A stretch of 64,000 bases of DNA from an uncultured delta proteobacterium. Its GTDB lineage: Bacteria; Desulfobacterota; Binatia; UBA9968. Position 1 is the stretch's first letter, and every line of letters begins with the position of its first letter. The notes under the pieces were generated by a model. That model searched no databases, was not told where the DNA came from, and saw only the letters and a list, made by a program, of their open reading frames with translations. Position numbers and translations under genes: made by a program. Positions 62,140 through 64,000 of this stretch are shown one piece after another. The DNA lies in NCBI GenBank assembly GCA_963804165.1, contig CAWDPO010000043.1:192001-256000 (forward strand). Direction: 5' to 3'.

Positions 62140-63020
62140 TTATGCCGGCTTAAAAAGCTCGCTCTCGGCTTGGTACGCTTGCTGAATCTCTTCGATGGCC
62201 TGGCTCGTCGCATCGTCATCGGCACACTTGCACATGGCGAGCGCTTCAGCGGCAGGCGGCGCGGGCTCTGTGAAAAAACCCAGGTCGCACTTCGAACACA
62301 GATAGTCGGCCACCGTTAAAATCGCGCTCAATCTGTTGCCGCCGTCCATCTGTAAATCGCTATGGTGATTGAGAGCCGCCTGGGCGATCTGCGAGTCCAG
62401 GTTCCAGGAGTTAAGTAACGTAAACCCCATCAGCGTATGATCGAGCCCGTAACTCGCCTGTTCTTTATCGACAATCGCGCAAGGCGCCTGTTGTAATTCG
62501 CGGCCGAGTTTTTCATACGCCGCGGGATCGCCCTGAACCAGGATCATCTGTCCGACGTCGTGCATCAGCCCGGTGAGAAAGCCCAGCTCGCCGTCCCGCA
62601 CCCCGGCGCGCTCGCATAGATTTCGCATCGCCAATGCAACACCGAGCGAATGCTTCCATAGTCGCTCCGAAGTTTCATTGCCCTTAGTACAGAGACTGTG
62701 CGTCGCTTGCATCACGACAATACTTCTCAAGGTTCGCAAGCCGAGGACCTGCACGGCACTCAATAGAGTCGTCGGGAGATTACGCTGGGCATATTGGGGC
62801 GAGCGGGAAACGGTCAATACCCTAGCCGAAAGCCAACGTCGTCGGCCAACACACGGCTAAGTTTTTGGATGCTGATACCCGGATCCTGGATCATCTCCAA
62901 AACTTTGCTCGCCACCACCGGCAGTGACGGGAGCTTATGATTGTCGAGAACTTCCCGGTAATAATTCCGCACATTTTGTTCACCCGAAGCAGCCGTATCG
63001 GACACCATGTTGGACGCCAT
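62140..63020 (-). CDS. HDOD domain protein, frameshift near 62833
   Basis: LPSLPVVASKVL..DDVG / shift / SARVLTVSRSP..LWKHSL..GLMHDVG..GLDHTLMG; ATG 63020 after GGAGG. Confidence 0.85.
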
Positions 63021-63041
63021 ATCTACATCCTCCAATTCAGG

Positions 63042-63068
63042 AGATCGGCGAAACAATACAGAGCTTTA
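63042..63068 (-). promoter_or_regulatory. sigma28 (FliA/SigD-type) promoter
   Basis: Minus strand TAAA-N15-GCCGATCT. Confidence 0.75.
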
Positions 63069-63122
63069 GCGTCTATTTCCGGCAAAAAAGCTCCCGCGGC
63101 GGGAGTCGGCGGGTGAGTAAGC

Positions 63123-63542
63123 TTACTTCTTCGCGCGCGATGTGACGTTTACGTCAGGCATGCCGGGCAGGCGACAGGCGCGCGAGATCCGATGACGATT
63201 ATTGGCAAAGGCACGGTAACCGGCATCGAACAATTGTCGCAAGATCGGCAGGATCGAAAGATAATACAGCGGCGTCGCCCACCAGACGCGTCGCATCAAG
63301 TATCGATAGACGTCCGCGCCGGCCAGTCTGTCGCCGTCGGCAAGCAGCAGGCGAAAATCGGAGGCTAGTTCTCGCTCGGTCAGAGCGAACTTGCCCGCCA
63401 CCCAATCGGCCTGCAGTGGCGCGATACGAAATCCGCGCTTGTGAAGCGTGTTCTCCCAAAATGGCACCCAGCGGCTGCAGAAACCGCAGGTTCCATCGTA
63501 AAGCACCCAACCCTTTATGGGCGGGTTTTCGGGGTCCATCAT
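63123..63542 (-). CDS. DCC1-like thiol-disulfide oxidoreductase (DUF393)
   Basis: VLYDGTCGFC, FRIAPLQ, YRAFANNRHRIS. Confidence 0.88.
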   Translation of the reverse strand: MMDPENPPIKGWVLYDGTCGFCSRWVPFWENTLHKRGFRIAPLQADWVAGKFALTERELASDFRLLLADGDRLAGADVYRYLMRRVWWATPLYYLSILPILRQLFDAGYRAFANNRHRISRACRLPGMPDVNVTSRAKK

Positions 63543-63548
63543 AACAAA

Positions 63549-64000
63549 TTATTCAATTCTTTTGCCGCGATATACAGTCACTTCCGACCCTTCCGCGAGA
63601 AACGCCGATGAAGGCGCCCCACTCAGCGCTCGCGTGAATTGCTTGCCATAAAATTCTTCCACATCGCAGTCGAGACGGCAACTTCGCGCTTGCCACACAC
63701 GCCAAAGCGGATGCTCGACGCGATACTCGACGGTGCCACCGTCTTTTTGAACAGAATACCCCCAATAATGCTGCGCGATAAACTCTTCTTCGGTTCCCGC
63801 GGCAATGGGAATCGGCACGCCGCGCGTCACCAGCTCGATGAAGTGACCTCGGTTACGAAAGGTCCAATAGTATTTCACCGATTCGACTTGGGTAGAGTTG
63901 TCCGGCGATCGAAGAATCTCATTGCTAGTCGGCAAAGTCACGTAGTTTTCATTGTATAGCCAGCGCGCGGTCAAAGCGATCGCCGCCCGCGGCACAATCT
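63549..64000 (-). CDS. DUF2071/YqjF family protein (5' end outside the window)
   Basis: ARWLYNENY, EEFIAQHYWGY, EYRVEHPLW, PSSAFLAEGS. Confidence 0.85.
   Translation of the reverse strand, partial: IVPRAAIALTARWLYNENYVTLPTSNEILRSPDNSTQVESVKYYWTFRNRGHFIELVTRGVPIPIAAGTEEEFIAQHYWGYSVQKDGGTVEYRVEHPLWRVWQARSCRLDCDVEEFYGKQFTRALSGAPSSAFLAEGSEVTVYRGKRIE

Overview
GC-rich bacterial chromosomal window with about 55 genes. The gene mix (several NMT1/SsuA-type binding proteins, a phthalate-dioxygenase-like Rieske oxygenase, a TctA-TctB fusion, DUF6282-like and HDOD proteins) resembles Candidatus Binatia/Deltaproteobacteria; this is an inference, not a taxonomic assignment. 1-26 kb is mostly housekeeping and metabolic: ALDH, XDH-family Mo subunit, CCA enzyme, M16 pair, class I aldolase, M28, GST, Pcs, alkaline phosphatase, tupABC. 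26-45 kb is accessory, with two sensor kinases, transport and oxygenase genes and decayed fragments (HsdM, protein phosphatase, TIR). 45-64 kb holds a heavily frameshifted ackA-xfp-CBS operon, a ~1,990-aa hydrolase-hydrolase-CHAT-helical polyprotein beside a DUF433/DUF5615 toxin-antitoxin pair, an anSME radical SAM gene and two HDOD genes. Signals not in the ORF track: (1) a UGA-containing UxxC glutaredoxin-like selenoprotein gene with a bacterial SECIS-like hairpin at 17779-18012; (2) sigma28-type promoters ahead of both HDOD genes; (3) several sigma54-type promoters, one ahead of the CHAT polyprotein; (4) a duplicated ~43-bp promoter-like motif bracketing 29.7-35.7 kb; (5) a small-protein paralogue family. 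Scattered single-base indels suggest sequencing or assembly error, so frameshift calls are provisional. No rRNA, tRNA, CRISPR array, integrase or transposase was recognised. All family calls come from motif recognition by eye; no database search was run.
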